Part shown: piece after piece, positions 10,654-20,747 of the stretch
How positions within the stretch are numbered: the first letter of the stretch is position 1
How the letters are laid out: each line of letters opens with the position of its first letter
Virus record (IMG/VR): IMGVR_UViG_3300007515_000005
DNA length: 64,000 bases
Origin: an uncultured virus (IMG/VR IMGVR_UViG_3300007515_000005)
Taxonomy: Duplodnaviria; Heunggongvirae; Uroviricota; Caudoviricetes; Demerecviridae
Strand: one strand, 5' to 3'
Position numbers and translations under genes: made by a program
Notes under the pieces: generated by a model
The model's database searches: none
The model's input: only the letters and a program-made list of their open reading frames with translations
What the model was told of the DNA's origin: nothing

Positions 10654-10737
10654 ACTAAATAATTAATTAATGACATAAATGCATATATAAGAAACATACA
10701 AAAGAAAGGTGTTATAAAAGCTAAATATAATATCGTT

Positions 10738-11253
10738 TTATTCATCTCCTTTAAACCACCATTTATGTCCTTTAAACCATTGTACTAATGAATATCTCAT
10801 TCCTACAGTTACAGGTGTAACTTCATGATATAGATTAGAAGGAAAAATTATAACAGTTCCTTGTGCTCTTTCTATAGGGTGTCTATCATAATCAAATATT
10901 AAATCTCCGCCCTCATAATCTTCTGATTTAGAAAGTTGAACACTTACACTTAATACTCTATTATTCTCTTCGTCTGCGTCTTTATGTAGCCCATAAAAAT
11001 CATCTTTTCTATAGATTGCAAACTGTAAATCTTCAGCCTCTTCTATTACATAATTATCATAGTGTGTTGTAACCAATTCATGTATGTAACTTTTAAGAAA
11101 ATGATTATCTATAAAAGATATATTTGTAGACCTTCCTTTAGATTTTGTATTATTTTTACCAATACCTGCGTCTATTAAAGGGCGAGTTAATCCCTCTCGA
11201 ATAATAGTAGTACAAGCCATTTTTGGTATAATTCCTTTAAATATTTTTATCAT
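10738..11253 (-). CDS. 2OG-Fe(II) oxygenase (prolyl-hydroxylase-like)
   Basis: HxD (HKD), YEGGDL, IFPS and HEVTPVTxGxRYSLVxW. Confidence 0.9.
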   Translation of the reverse strand: MIKIFKGIIPKMACTTIIREGLTRPLIDAGIGKNNTKSKGRSTNISFIDNHFLKSYIHELVTTHYDNYVIEEAEDLQFAIYRKDDFYGLHKDADEENNRVLSVSVQLSKSEDYEGGDLIFDYDRHPIERAQGTVIIFPSNLYHEVTPVTVGMRYSLVQWFKGHKWWFKGDE

Positions 11254-11265
11254 AGTTTCCTTACT

Positions 11266-11341
11266 TGGTGGAGCTGATAGGAATCGAACCTACGACCTAC
11301 TGGATGCAAACCAGTTGCTCTCCCTACTGAGCTACAGCCCC
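11266..11341 (-). tRNA. tRNA-Ala(UGC)
   Basis: Reverse complement GGGGCTGTAGCTCAG...ACTGGTTTGCATCCAGT...GGTTCGATTCC...CAGCTCCACCA; encoded CCA. Confidence 0.95.
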
Positions 11342-11661
11342 TATTTATTAAAAGTGTATCTAATTTCTGTTTGGATTTTACTTTTATGTTCAAGTTGATG
11401 TTTAAATTCCCATTTTCCTTTAAATGTCCAATTATCTTTATTAAATTTATAGCCTATCTCTCCTGACTCGCCATGCCCTGATAGGATTCCTGCTTCTATA
11501 AACATAAAACCTTTGTCCATTTTAAATTGATAACCTGTTCTGAAATGATTTAAGTTTTTAATATAATTATTATATTTAAACTCTACCTCATTTTTATACT
11601 CTATATAGGGAGCAGCCGCTAATTGCGACACCATACCTATTAGTAAAATTATTATTTTCAT
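11341..11661 (-). CDS. Small exported beta-strand protein, outer-membrane/porin-like
   Basis: Signal peptide MKIIILLIGMVSQLAAA, alternating amphipathic strands and a C-terminal YTF motif. Confidence 0.55.
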   Translation of the reverse strand: MKIIILLIGMVSQLAAAPYIEYKNEVEFKYNNYIKNLNHFRTGYQFKMDKGFMFIEAGILSGHGESGEIGYKFNKDNWTFKGKWEFKHQLEHKSKIQTEIRYTFNK

Positions 11662-12173
11662 ATCTTTCTCCAAGTATCTTTTTTCTTTTCCTTCGAAATA
11701 TCATATAAAACCCAAGGGATTCCTTCTCTATAAAGAACTCCTGCCCAAGACGAATCTTCGGGCAGGGGTCTCCTAAGAGTGAAAGGGAAAGGGCAATCTT
11801 TAAGCCATAACACGCTTGCTATGGTCTTTTTTTCCACTCTCAAAATCTTATGATATTTTAAATCGGCTTTATACTTTTTTTCTTTTGTAAAAAAGAAGCC
11901 TAAATTGTCAATGTAATGCTTTCCTTGATGATTTAATAAAGACGGTATATCATCAATCATATACTTTAAAGGGTATATACTTTTCATCGGGCTTTGTAAT
12001 CTTCTTATCCCGATTGTCTTCCCCCTCATATTAGTATCATCTAGGACTTGGTCTTCTATCCATAAAATTCCATCTATTAATTCCACATTGTCTGTATGTA
12101 CAACGAATAGAGGGAATTCTAATGCATCATAAATCATACTTATCCTCAAACTTTCCAAATGAATAGTCATCAC
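11658..12173 (-). CDS. Conserved T5-like hypothetical protein downstream of the polymerase
   Basis: VLDDTNMRGKTIGIRRLQSP; syntenic position between pol and D10. Confidence 0.65.
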   Translation of the reverse strand: MMTIHLESLRISMIYDALEFPLFVVHTDNVELIDGILWIEDQVLDDTNMRGKTIGIRRLQSPMKSIYPLKYMIDDIPSLLNHQGKHYIDNLGFFFTKEKKYKADLKYHKILRVEKKTIASVLWLKDCPFPFTLRRPLPEDSSWAGVLYREGIPWVLYDISKEKKKDTWRKI

Positions 12174-14397
12174 CTACATCAAAGTCACAACCTACTGGAG
12201 AGCCTGGGATACTTAATCCTCTGTCTTTTTGTACACATTCTCTTACTAAATAACAATAAGCATCTATTGCTGTTTCTGATACTTCTGCTAATATCGAGTC
12301 ATGTACTAATGCAAATATTCTTGCTTCCGAACCCCACGGCATACGTTTTAATTCATTGTGGGTATCAATCGCGCCTAATAAATTTATATCTGAAGCTATA
12401 GACTGTACTAGGAAATTTAGTCCTGACCTAACTTCATGACTGGCAACTCCTTTATTGTCTGATTTAACATTTGGTAATCTTCGCTTTCTTCCAAAGTGAG
12501 AGTAAATAAATCCATTATCCATAATATATCTTGAAGATTTATCAATCCATGCTCTTAATTTAAAGAACTGTCTAAAATAATCATCAATAACTTCCTGTGC
12601 TTCATTTACACTAAAATACTTTCCAGAGTCTTGAGTTACTTGCTGAGATATTTTATTAGCTCCAGCTCCATACATTATTCCAAATGTTACAGCTTTTGCC
12701 ATCTGTCTTTCAGTTTTATAATCATCTGCAACTTTATCCACTTCACAAGGTAGATTGAATACTAACTTAGCAATACTACTATGAAAGTTTCCTCCATCTT
12801 GAAAGACTTTTTGTAAATTTTTATCCTCTGATAGCACAGCAGCTACATATACTTCTGCTGTTGTTAAATCCATAGCAACAATTTTATTCCCTTCTTTAGC
12901 CCTAATACAACCTTTTACAATAGGATTATCTCTAGGAATTTGTTGCATATTCATTTTCCCACTAGAAGATAATCTTCCAGAAGTGGTACTATGAATATTG
13001 AAGCCTGTTCTTAATCTATCATCTCCATCAAGCTGTGGTAAAATCTTATCCAAATAAGTATTCTTAATTTTTGACTTTTGTCTAATACTAAGAATATGTT
13101 TTGGGATATCATGTACTTCAGCTAATTTCTTTAATACTTCTGCATCTGTTGAATAAGCTCCTGTAGCAGTTTTCTTACTAGGTTTTAACCCTACATAATC
13201 AAATAATAATTCTCTTAGTTGAACTGTACTATTTGGATTAAATTCTTTTTGTTTTATTCTTTCGAAGTTTTCTACTTCTTCAAAATCATATAATTTATTT
13301 ACTGCTTGGTCTATATCTTCTTGCATGAGAACCCCAGCTTTTGCTAGTCTATCTCTATCGAAGGGAACTCCTGCATCTTGAACATCTGTTAAAAATCTAC
13401 ACGCTGGAATTAATATATTTTCATATACTGACCATAGTTTTGGATTCTTTTTAACTGCTGGGTATAATTTTTCAAATATCAATAGAGTACAAACTGCGTC
13501 CATCGCAGCGTAATCTTTCATTATTTCATAAGGTACAGAATCCCAAGTAAAATCATCTTTGAGTATTCTATGTGCTTTTCTATACCCATCTATCCAATCA
13601 TGTAAAGGTTTTTCATAGTCTCCATAAGGAGTATATTTCATTGCAAGTTGTTTTAATCCGTGTGTTCCAGGCTGTTCTTCAAGACAATAATGAAGAAGCA
13701 TTGTATCATGAAAGTGTGGAAATTTAAAATTGAAATGATACTCAAAGAAAGCTAAATCAAACTTTGCATTATGAAATACTACTGCTTTTCTATCAAAAAG
13801 CTCTTGCATCATTCTTTCTGCTCTTTCATCTATTATGTCTGTAAGTATATATGCGCCTTTATTCTTTTCATAGGACATACTGAATCCTATCATATATCCA
13901 TCTCTAGGGTATAATCCTGTGGTTTCTGAGTCAAGTCCTATAAATTGATTATCGTGTGTAAGAGCATTGTCCAGAAATATATACAGGTCTTGCACATTAT
14001 CAATTCCTTTTGCATTATCTTCAGTTACTTTTACTACTTTTAATTCTCCTTTTATAAACTTAATTATATTATTCTTACTCTCGTCCCATAAAGGCTGAGC
14101 TTCGGGTTTAAAAGAAAGCATAGCAGGGTTAATAACAGGCAGAAACTTGTCATCTATAACCCTGCCGCTGTACTCTGTAACGGAAGTAGCTTTTGTGTAA
14201 TTCTTTAGTGCCTCAGAACCAACCAATATGACCCAGTCATATTCATCTATGTTAACTTCTATATCAACATCTGCTTTTAAAACTTTCTTTTTACTACTGT
14301 CTGAGCATAGTGCAAATCTATCAAATTCAAAGGCGTTTTCGAACCTGTCTTTGAAGTTTGTTCTGCTTGGTTTGGTTTCTATAAGTGCAATTTTCAT
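12127..14397 (-). CDS. polA: DNA polymerase family A with 3'-5' exonuclease
   Basis: Exonuclease motifs LDSETTG, FHNAKFD, YAAMD; TSGRLSS; motif A DLTTAE; motif B RQMAKAVTFGIMYG (Phe at the 762-equivalent); motif C VHDS. Confidence 0.97.
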   Translation of the reverse strand: MKIALIETKPSRTNFKDRFENAFEFDRFALCSDSSKKKVLKADVDIEVNIDEYDWVILVGSEALKNYTKATSVTEYSGRVIDDKFLPVINPAMLSFKPEAQPLWDESKNNIIKFIKGELKVVKVTEDNAKGIDNVQDLYIFLDNALTHDNQFIGLDSETTGLYPRDGYMIGFSMSYEKNKGAYILTDIIDERAERMMQELFDRKAVVFHNAKFDLAFFEYHFNFKFPHFHDTMLLHYCLEEQPGTHGLKQLAMKYTPYGDYEKPLHDWIDGYRKAHRILKDDFTWDSVPYEIMKDYAAMDAVCTLLIFEKLYPAVKKNPKLWSVYENILIPACRFLTDVQDAGVPFDRDRLAKAGVLMQEDIDQAVNKLYDFEEVENFERIKQKEFNPNSTVQLRELLFDYVGLKPSKKTATGAYSTDAEVLKKLAEVHDIPKHILSIRQKSKIKNTYLDKILPQLDGDDRLRTGFNIHSTTSGRLSSSGKMNMQQIPRDNPIVKGCIRAKEGNKIVAMDLTTAEVYVAAVLSEDKNLQKVFQDGGNFHSSIAKLVFNLPCEVDKVADDYKTERQMAKAVTFGIMYGAGANKISQQVTQDSGKYFSVNEAQEVIDDYFRQFFKLRAWIDKSSRYIMDNGFIYSHFGRKRRLPNVKSDNKGVASHEVRSGLNFLVQSIASDINLLGAIDTHNELKRMPWGSEARIFALVHDSILAEVSETAIDAYCYLVRECVQKDRGLSIPGSPVGCDFDVGDDYSFGKFEDKYDL

Positions 14398-14403
14398 TAT
14401 TAT

Positions 14404-14432
14404 ATTATATCAAATTTTAAGTGCCATGTCAA
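14404..14432 (-). promoter_or_regulatory. Consensus sigma70 promoter for polA; ATG 6 nt after the -10 box
   Basis: TTGACA-17-TATAAT-ATAATA-ATG on the minus strand. Confidence 0.85.
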
Positions 14433-15268
14433 GAACTATATAACCGTTCTCTTAAACTGTGTACCTTTGACTCAGCAAGTGCGCCAGGATCGATGTTGGC
14501 ACCTAAATTAACATTTCTAGCTATCAATCCTAGTCTATCCGCTAACCCTTTAATATTTTCAGCGGCTTTTTGTCCTGCTTCATCTCCATCAAATACTATA
14601 TCTACTCCATCAATGTTTTGCATTTTTAGTATTGCTAATTTATCTTCATCTACATTGTTTGTTCCAAAACAACAAACTGCATTAGATAAACCCTTGTCGA
14701 AAAGATTTATCATATCAAAAATCCCTTCGACAAGAATTACCTTGCCTTTTATAGGTTTTACACTAGAGGGGAAAAGAGGCATAATGGCTTGGGGAGGATA
14801 TATTAAGTACTTTGGCGTTTCCGTCATAGTCATATGTCTACCATTAAATGCTACTACTTTTCCCGTAATGTCACGAACAGGAAAAACAATTCTTCCATTA
14901 AAACTCCTGTCGTGGTGTAAAAAAGCTTCAAAATGTTTATAGGTTTCAGGTTTAATCCCTCTCCAATTTCCAACATAAGGGGTAAATCCTTTTGGAAATT
15001 CCAACCCTATACTAGAAGCTCTTGTTTCTTCGATTCTTTCTTTAAGTTTTTGTCTTTTAATTTCTAAGTAGTTGGCAGCGGCTCCAAAGTGCTTAAATAA
15101 GTTTCCTCTAAAGCCACAAGAAAAACAATGAAAAATCCCAGTTACATTATCAATTCTCATACTAGGGTTAGTATCTTCGTGTTCAGGATTTAAACATTTA
15201 ACTAATAAGTCTCTGCCAGAAACTTTAAAGTCTAAATTCTTTTCTTGTAGTAGTTCTTCTACTCTCAT
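14429..15268 (-). CDS. DNA primase (zinc finger + TOPRIM)
   Basis: CLNPEH...CFSC, LVEGIFD and FDGDEAG. Confidence 0.93.
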   Translation of the reverse strand: MRVEELLQEKNLDFKVSGRDLLVKCLNPEHEDTNPSMRIDNVTGIFHCFSCGFRGNLFKHFGAAANYLEIKRQKLKERIEETRASSIGLEFPKGFTPYVGNWRGIKPETYKHFEAFLHHDRSFNGRIVFPVRDITGKVVAFNGRHMTMTETPKYLIYPPQAIMPLFPSSVKPIKGKVILVEGIFDMINLFDKGLSNAVCCFGTNNVDEDKLAILKMQNIDGVDIVFDGDEAGQKAAENIKGLADRLGLIARNVNLGANIDPGALAESKVHSLRERLYSS

Positions 15269-15822
15269 TTTAGCTTGTTATTATTGTTGCTATTATTATT
15301 ACTGCTATCACTATTATCCATATCGTTTTTTGGCTCATCATGTTTCCATTTTAATTCTTCGCCTAAATCTTCATAGTCAGTCATCTTTCTTCCTTGCCCA
15401 TCAACTTCATGTCCATAGTATAGGCTTTTAAATACTAATTCTTGAAGCTGGAACCAGATGGCTATTGCTTTTTTTCTAAATTCTTCATCTGCCCATAAAT
15501 AAAATACATTATGGTAATCAGCTAAGAATCTATGAACTGTTATATTTAAATCAAAATCTGGGTCAATCTCTTCTTTGATATGTGCTACTGCACGAATTCT
15601 TTGACTGCCTGCTAAAGGATACCAATTTGCCATAGTTAATATTGGGTTTTTCATACCTTCTTTTAGTAGACTTTCGACTAAAGGTTCATTAAGCGGTACA
15701 CCATGTATGTTTCTATCCACAGTTTCTTGTTTTAAAATAAAATCAGTAGTTACTTTTCTTACTTCAAAAGGTGGAACTGCTACTAAATTAGCAGATTTTA
15801 CTCCTATTCTATCACTTACCAC
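15265..15822 (-). CDS. Hypothetical protein with a ParB/sulfiredoxin-like motif
   Basis: LVESLLKEGMKNPIL...AGSQRIRA resembles the ParB-N core. Confidence 0.45.
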   Translation of the reverse strand: MVSDRIGVKSANLVAVPPFEVRKVTTDFILKQETVDRNIHGVPLNEPLVESLLKEGMKNPILTMANWYPLAGSQRIRAVAHIKEEIDPDFDLNITVHRFLADYHNVFYLWADEEFRKKAIAIWFQLQELVFKSLYYGHEVDGQGRKMTDYEDLGEELKWKHDEPKNDMDNSDSSNNNSNNNNKLK

Positions 15823-16051
15823 GATAACCTGCCTGCCATCTTAAAAACTTATCTACTAAATTTCTAGGCTCTTCTGCATATATTGTCCAGCTTTTTCCGC
15901 CTTCCCAATTTTCTTGTATATGCACATCTCCGTTAAAAAAAGCGGTTTCAATTAAGCCATTACTACCATGTATGTATTTTACTCCTTTACCCCACTTTTC
16001 TGCGTCTTGTTTAAGTCTCGCTTCTTCTACTAAATCACTATACTGCGTCAT
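15812..16051 (-). CDS. Hypothetical protein
   Basis: 79-aa ORF coupled to its neighbours. Confidence 0.6.
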   Translation of the reverse strand: MTQYSDLVEEARLKQDAEKWGKGVKYIHGSNGLIETAFFNGDVHIQENWEGGKSWTIYAEEPRNLVDKFLRWQAGYRGK

Positions 16052-17399
16052 GTATTTCTTCTCCTGTTGCTAAACTGTCTTTGATTGCGTCCCGTTCTTT
16101 CGGGTTCATTGTTGACTGAGGGCCTATTTTAAGTGTTTCCCAGTCCATAACACTTGTGAATCCTTCCATCTTTGCTGCACGCATTTTAGTACAATTAAAT
16201 GTAATACATTCATCTTCTGGAGCCCAAGTCTCTATAGTGAATGCCGCATCTGCTGCGTCTAAGATACCTTTCGCAAATCTTGCCTCTCCTGTATTATCAG
16301 TTTGATAAGGAGAGAATACAGGAACTTCATATTCCTGTGCTATTGATTTTAAAGTTTTACTAACTTCAATTTGCTCTGTCCAATCATATTGTCCAGAGCG
16401 GCTTGGTACATTGCTTCGTTTTACTTGATTTATATAGTCTACTATTATAACACCAACATCTGTTTGATTAAGTTTACTCTCTAATTCTTTGCGAATACGA
16501 GATAGACTTAATACTGGGTCATAGACTACATCAAGTTGTCGGTCTTTTGTGAGCTTTTTCTTCGTGAGAGTTTTATGAAACTCATCAAAGTCTCTATCTT
16601 CATAAAAAGCTGGTAAGTCTTCGTGTCCTTCTTCAAATCTTGAAGCCCACCATTCTGCTACTCTATTCCACTCAACATCTGTAAGATTTCGAGTAGTTAG
16701 TCTACCTACTGGTACCCTAGCTCCTAGTGCGCACATTCTTTGAAGTATAGAACGACTATCCATTTCTATTGTAAAATAGATAGAGCTTCTACCTTGATTA
16801 TAAACATTACTTGCAATATTGACACAAGTAAGTGTTTTACCTGCTCCTCTGCGTCCCCCTACAAGTACCAAGTCTCTGGGGGAGAATTTCATTGATTGGT
16901 CATAATCATCATTAAGACCAAGTGGCAAGTATTTTTTCAAATTCTTTTCAGAATCAAATAAATTAATACTTGACATATCTTCTTCAGGTGGTTTTAAGTC
17001 CACTCTATCTCCAATATCTAAAACTATTTGTTGTAGAGCTTCTACATTCTCTTCAGCAGCTGATATAGCTACTGTTTTTTCTATAAACTTATCTAACTCA
17101 TCTAAGATTTCCCCTTGTGCGTATTCATTTTTTAAATACTCCAAGAGAAGCCAGGCGTCAACATCAATATCGACAGCCTCAATCGCAAAAATCTTTTCTT
17201 GTAGTTTTCTATCACGAACGGATAGTTTTAAGTCTTCAAATGTAGGTAACTGATTGAAGTTCTTCAGATGTGTACTTATTAATCTGTGGAGAGCTTGGTA
17301 TTCCGCAGGTAAATAATTCTCCCTTAGGCTACCCCAAGTGTCGAAATCTTCCTGTGTTATAATTTGCTTCAACAGAGCTGAAGTCAAGTTCATACTCAA
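16038..17399 (-). CDS. Replicative DnaB-like helicase
   Basis: Walker A GRRGAGKT, FTIEM, IIVDYINQ, SPYQ and ARFAKGILDAAD. Confidence 0.92.
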   Translation of the reverse strand: MSMNLTSALLKQIITQEDFDTWGSLRENYLPAEYQALHRLISTHLKNFNQLPTFEDLKLSVRDRKLQEKIFAIEAVDIDVDAWLLLEYLKNEYAQGEILDELDKFIEKTVAISAAEENVEALQQIVLDIGDRVDLKPPEEDMSSINLFDSEKNLKKYLPLGLNDDYDQSMKFSPRDLVLVGGRRGAGKTLTCVNIASNVYNQGRSSIYFTIEMDSRSILQRMCALGARVPVGRLTTRNLTDVEWNRVAEWWASRFEEGHEDLPAFYEDRDFDEFHKTLTKKKLTKDRQLDVVYDPVLSLSRIRKELESKLNQTDVGVIIVDYINQVKRSNVPSRSGQYDWTEQIEVSKTLKSIAQEYEVPVFSPYQTDNTGEARFAKGILDAADAAFTIETWAPEDECITFNCTKMRAAKMEGFTSVMDWETLKIGPQSTMNPKERDAIKDSLATGEEIHDAV

Positions 17400-17467
17400 T
17401 GTGTTATCCTCCCAGACAAAAAAGGCAGAAGAACTTAATTGTTCCTCTGCCTAGTTATTAACGAAAT

Positions 17468-18196
17468 TTAGCTAGAAGCTTTTTCTTTTCTAGCAGCGCC
17501 ATCGTAATCAGCACAAGTTAAGCCTCTTCTGGTTAACATTGTTTTAACGCCTCTTACGGTTTTGCCGATTTCATCAGCGATAGCTTCAACAGTCATGTCT
17601 CCGATATCACCATTTAATTCAGACAAAGGGTCGGCTTTACTTGAGCCTTTTGTAACCTTTTGTCTAGGTATAGCGTTAATGTCGCCAGACCTAAGCAAGC
17701 TAAGAGCCTTTCCTCTTATTGAATTAACAGTCTTGCCAAGTGCATCTGCGATTTCTTCAACAAATGCTCCGTCATTTACCATAGAAGTAAATGTGGCTTC
17801 TTCTTCGGGAGAGTAAGTTCTGACTGATTCAGGCTTCTCAGCTGGTTTAACATGGGAAGTTAATTCCATTGAAAGAATTTTCCCTTGTATTGACTTAGCA
17901 GAGAATTGTCCGCCTTCGAAAGAAGACGCAATGTCTGCGTAAGTGTACTGACCGCTGTTGTCAGTAACGAATTGTGATAGAGTAGCTTCTTGCTCATCAG
18001 AAAAAGTTCTGTGAGATACTGAAGATGCTAGCTCTACATCAAATCCCATTTTTCTCAATTTGCTAGATACACTTCTTGTAGAAGTTTCTAGGTGCTCAGC
18101 TGCAGCGGCAACTGTTGCTTGAGAGATTGGGCTTTCTGAACCCACGAAGTCTGTGAGACTTTGAGTTCTGTCATCTGTCCATTTAGGTAATGCCAT
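17468..18196 (-). CDS. T5 D5-like DNA-binding transcription regulator with tandem HTH repeats
   Basis: Repeats RSVSSKLRK, KSIQGKILS, NSIRGKALS and RGVKTMLTRRG. Confidence 0.85.
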   Translation of the reverse strand: MALPKWTDDRTQSLTDFVGSESPISQATVAAAAEHLETSTRSVSSKLRKMGFDVELASSVSHRTFSDEQEATLSQFVTDNSGQYTYADIASSFEGGQFSAKSIQGKILSMELTSHVKPAEKPESVRTYSPEEEATFTSMVNDGAFVEEIADALGKTVNSIRGKALSLLRSGDINAIPRQKVTKGSSKADPLSELNGDIGDMTVEAIADEIGKTVRGVKTMLTRRGLTCADYDGAARKEKASS

Positions 18197-18211
18197 GTTT
18201 TTCTCCGTAAT

Positions 18212-18970
18212 TTATAAAATTGTTTTTAGGTTTGTTATTATTTGAACACCCCGTTCTCGGGCTGCTTGTGTTTTTGCGGATTCAATTCCGCTTTCGTTTA
18301 CTAAGATGGTTACATCTTTTGTTAAACTATTTTTGACAAGGTAGCCCATTTTTTCTAATACTTCTTTTGCGGCTGCCTTTGTTCTATAGCTTTTTAGTTT
18401 TCCTGTAATACAGACAATCCCTTTTGTTTGTTCTGTTTTTTCTTGAACTGTAGTTTTCCAACTAAAAGGTAATCTATCGTACCCGTCTGTCCATTCTTCG
18501 TAAAACCAATCTAGTAAGTTATCTGTTGCTTTGGGGCCTAGTCCTGCTTCACTACATACTTGCTCGTTCAACTCTAAAAGCGAGTTAACCTTTTCACATA
18601 CTTTTTGAGAAGCCGTAGTCCCAATTAACTTTATCGAGAAAGCTGGTAATAGGTCTACTAAGTCCACTCTCTTACTAGCTTGAATTTCTCTGTGCAGTTT
18701 AACTGCCAATTTCTCGGATTGAAGTGCGTCTATCATCATTTCAAGAGGCAGCTCGTATAAATCAAAGAATGTTGTAATCTTTAACTTCTCTACAGTTCTA
18801 GGGCCGAGTCCCTTAATTTTGAGTGTCTTTGCAAAGTGTTCAATCTTTTTTGATGTCTTTCCAGAACAAGCTGGATTATTACAAAAAAGCTGGTCTTTCT
18901 CCCAAATCAATGTCGTACTACAAGTAGGACAATGTGTTGGGGGTTTTATCGTTTGCAATTCTTCTCTCAT
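18212..18970 (-). CDS. NAD-dependent DNA ligase subunit B (zinc finger, HhH, BRCT)
   Basis: PTHCPTC...CNNPAC, IKGLGPRTVEKL and VCITGKL; has its own promoter, so the tracked start at 19009 is too far upstream. Confidence 0.9.
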   Translation of the reverse strand: MREELQTIKPPTHCPTCSTTLIWEKDQLFCNNPACSGKTSKKIEHFAKTLKIKGLGPRTVEKLKITTFFDLYELPLEMMIDALQSEKLAVKLHREIQASKRVDLVDLLPAFSIKLIGTTASQKVCEKVNSLLELNEQVCSEAGLGPKATDNLLDWFYEEWTDGYDRLPFSWKTTVQEKTEQTKGIVCITGKLKSYRTKAAAKEVLEKMGYLVKNSLTKDVTILVNESGIESAKTQAARERGVQIITNLKTIL

Positions 18971-19010
18971 TTTTTCACTATATATATTATAACAAATTTG
19001 AGATGCCATG

Positions 19011-19376
19011 TCAAGAATTATTTTTCGGGAAGTCCGAGAGAATCAACGAATCAATTTTGAAACACTCTGTATGACCTCCAAACTTGATTTTTGGTTCATA
19101 TTTGTCATGTGTATAAATTTCGTGTAAATACTGTTCTTGTATCCACACATGGTAAAGGGTATCAGTCCAAGTTCTTTGAATACGGATATCGTATCCTTTA
19201 AAACCTCTGCTACGCTTTACAATGTGTCTCCAGTCCTTCCCTGAAGCTATTCCTACTTTAATACACTCTCTTTCAAATGTTTTTCTATTTACTAAGATAA
19301 TTCCGTACAATACACCCTCTTTTTCCATTTCTTCGGGGTGATTACGAAAATATGTTTCGTTATATACACCTGCCAC
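19011..19376 (-). CDS. Putative GIY-YIG/T5orf172-like nuclease
   Basis: GVLY...IKVGIA...EQYLH...FGGHTECF. Confidence 0.5.
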   Translation of the reverse strand: MAGVYNETYFRNHPEEMEKEGVLYGIILVNRKTFERECIKVGIASGKDWRHIVKRSRGFKGYDIRIQRTWTDTLYHVWIQEQYLHEIYTHDKYEPKIKFGGHTECFKIDSLILSDFPKNNS

Positions 19377-19446
19377 TATGCATAGTATCCCATTAAGAAT
19401 CCTATGAATAATACTAAAAATGTATATGCTATTAATTGATATGCGT

Positions 19447-20400
19447 TCAATCTGCTCTCCTTACTATTCTTGGGATTATTTCTCCACTTCTTATTACTTC
19501 TACTTGACAACCTATCTCTAGACCTAACCCTTCAATATGTGCCATATTATGTAGAGTTGCTCTACTTACCATAGCATCATCAATCTCTACAGGTTCTAGA
19601 ATAGCTACTGGAGCGACTACTCCTGACTTTCCTACATTCCATAGAACATCTACTAAGGTTGTTATAACTCCTTTTTGCCTTCGTTTAAGAGCATAAGCTC
19701 CTTTAGGGTGTCGTGAAGTGTACCCCATTTTCTCAAAATCTTCATAGTTATCTACTCTGAATACTAACCCATCTTGTGGGTATTCATTCCAATCTGCATC
19801 TAATACTGTGCTAAGCCCTAAGGCATTTTTTAACACAGACATAGCTTCTGAATGACTCCGAGTTAAATGGGGTTCTGCATTGTATGCAATAAAATGAAGG
19901 TCTCTAGTTTGGAATTCTTCTACATCTTTCAGATTAAGTGCTCCAGCAGCATAGTTTCTTGAGTTCTTAATAGTTTTTGGAGCGACTATTTCCCCTGTTA
20001 TTTGTAATACTTTTGGAAGTGTATGAAAACTGTGTCTATTCGGTACTAAATGTTTTACTAAATCCGTAACATCTAGTCCCTTCTTTCCATCTCCTCTTGT
20101 TAAAACTTTATGTAGGTTTCCCTCTAAATAAGTTAAAGCCACCGCTGCGCCGTCCAATTTAGGACTAACAATTACGGGTTTTTTATATAATTTAAAGGGG
20201 TCTTTTTCGTTTAATTCATTATCAAAGATTTTCTGTAATGAATACATACGAAATGTGTGGGGAAATCTGCCATCAGCACTTCCGACTTCTTCAAAGTTAT
20301 GCAACTCTGCAAGTCTATCAAATTCTTCATCTGACATAAATGGTTTACCATTATAATATGCCATTGCTGCTCGCCTTAGTAATGCTTTTACATTTTCCAT
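19447..20400 (-). CDS. NAD-dependent DNA ligase subunit A (adenylation + OB fold)
   Basis: Motifs SPKLDG, TRGDG, GEIV, RNYAAG, DGLV, RATLHN and RSGEIIP. Confidence 0.94.
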   Translation of the reverse strand: MENVKALLRRAAMAYYNGKPFMSDEEFDRLAELHNFEEVGSADGRFPHTFRMYSLQKIFDNELNEKDPFKLYKKPVIVSPKLDGAAVALTYLEGNLHKVLTRGDGKKGLDVTDLVKHLVPNRHSFHTLPKVLQITGEIVAPKTIKNSRNYAAGALNLKDVEEFQTRDLHFIAYNAEPHLTRSHSEAMSVLKNALGLSTVLDADWNEYPQDGLVFRVDNYEDFEKMGYTSRHPKGAYALKRRQKGVITTLVDVLWNVGKSGVVAPVAILEPVEIDDAMVSRATLHNMAHIEGLGLEIGCQVEVIRSGEIIPRIVRRAD

Positions 20401-20444
20401 TTATATATTATAACAAATTTGTAAAGTAAAGTCAAGAAATAAAT

Positions 20445-20747
20445 TTAACTGAGGTAAATTTCATCTAAAATATCTTTGAAGTGTGTTTCTAGGATACCCT
20501 TACTTTCTGCTAGCGATAAAATCTCGACTAAGCCTTCGAACAATGCTTTAGAGTTTTGAAAATCTAAAGGCATGGCTACGCCGTCCTTCGTAGGCTTGAA
20601 ATCTCCGTCAAAATCTAAGTAGTATTTTCTAAGATGTATGTACTCTACATCTCGAAATTCATTTATAGTTAATCTAACCTGCTCTGTACCATCAGCATTT
20701 TCATAAATTAACTTTTCATAAACTTCTGGGGCTTCGTATATTTTCAT
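20445..20747 (-). CDS. PC4-like ssDNA-binding protein / transcriptional coactivator
   Basis: VRLTINEFRDVEYIHLRKYYLDFDGDFKPTKDGV. Confidence 0.8.
   Translation of the reverse strand: MKIYEAPEVYEKLIYENADGTEQVRLTINEFRDVEYIHLRKYYLDFDGDFKPTKDGVAMPLDFQNSKALFEGLVEILSLAESKGILETHFKDILDEIYLS

Noticed and set aside
14421..14942. 173-aa plus-strand ORF, and similar antisense ORFs over nrdA, amt, D13, D5 and D3
   Set aside because: Antisense to well-supported genes, with no motifs or SD.
18212..20400. Ligase interrupted by a self-splicing intron
   Set aside because: ligA ends in a stop and ligB has its own promoter; a split ligase is an established T5 feature.
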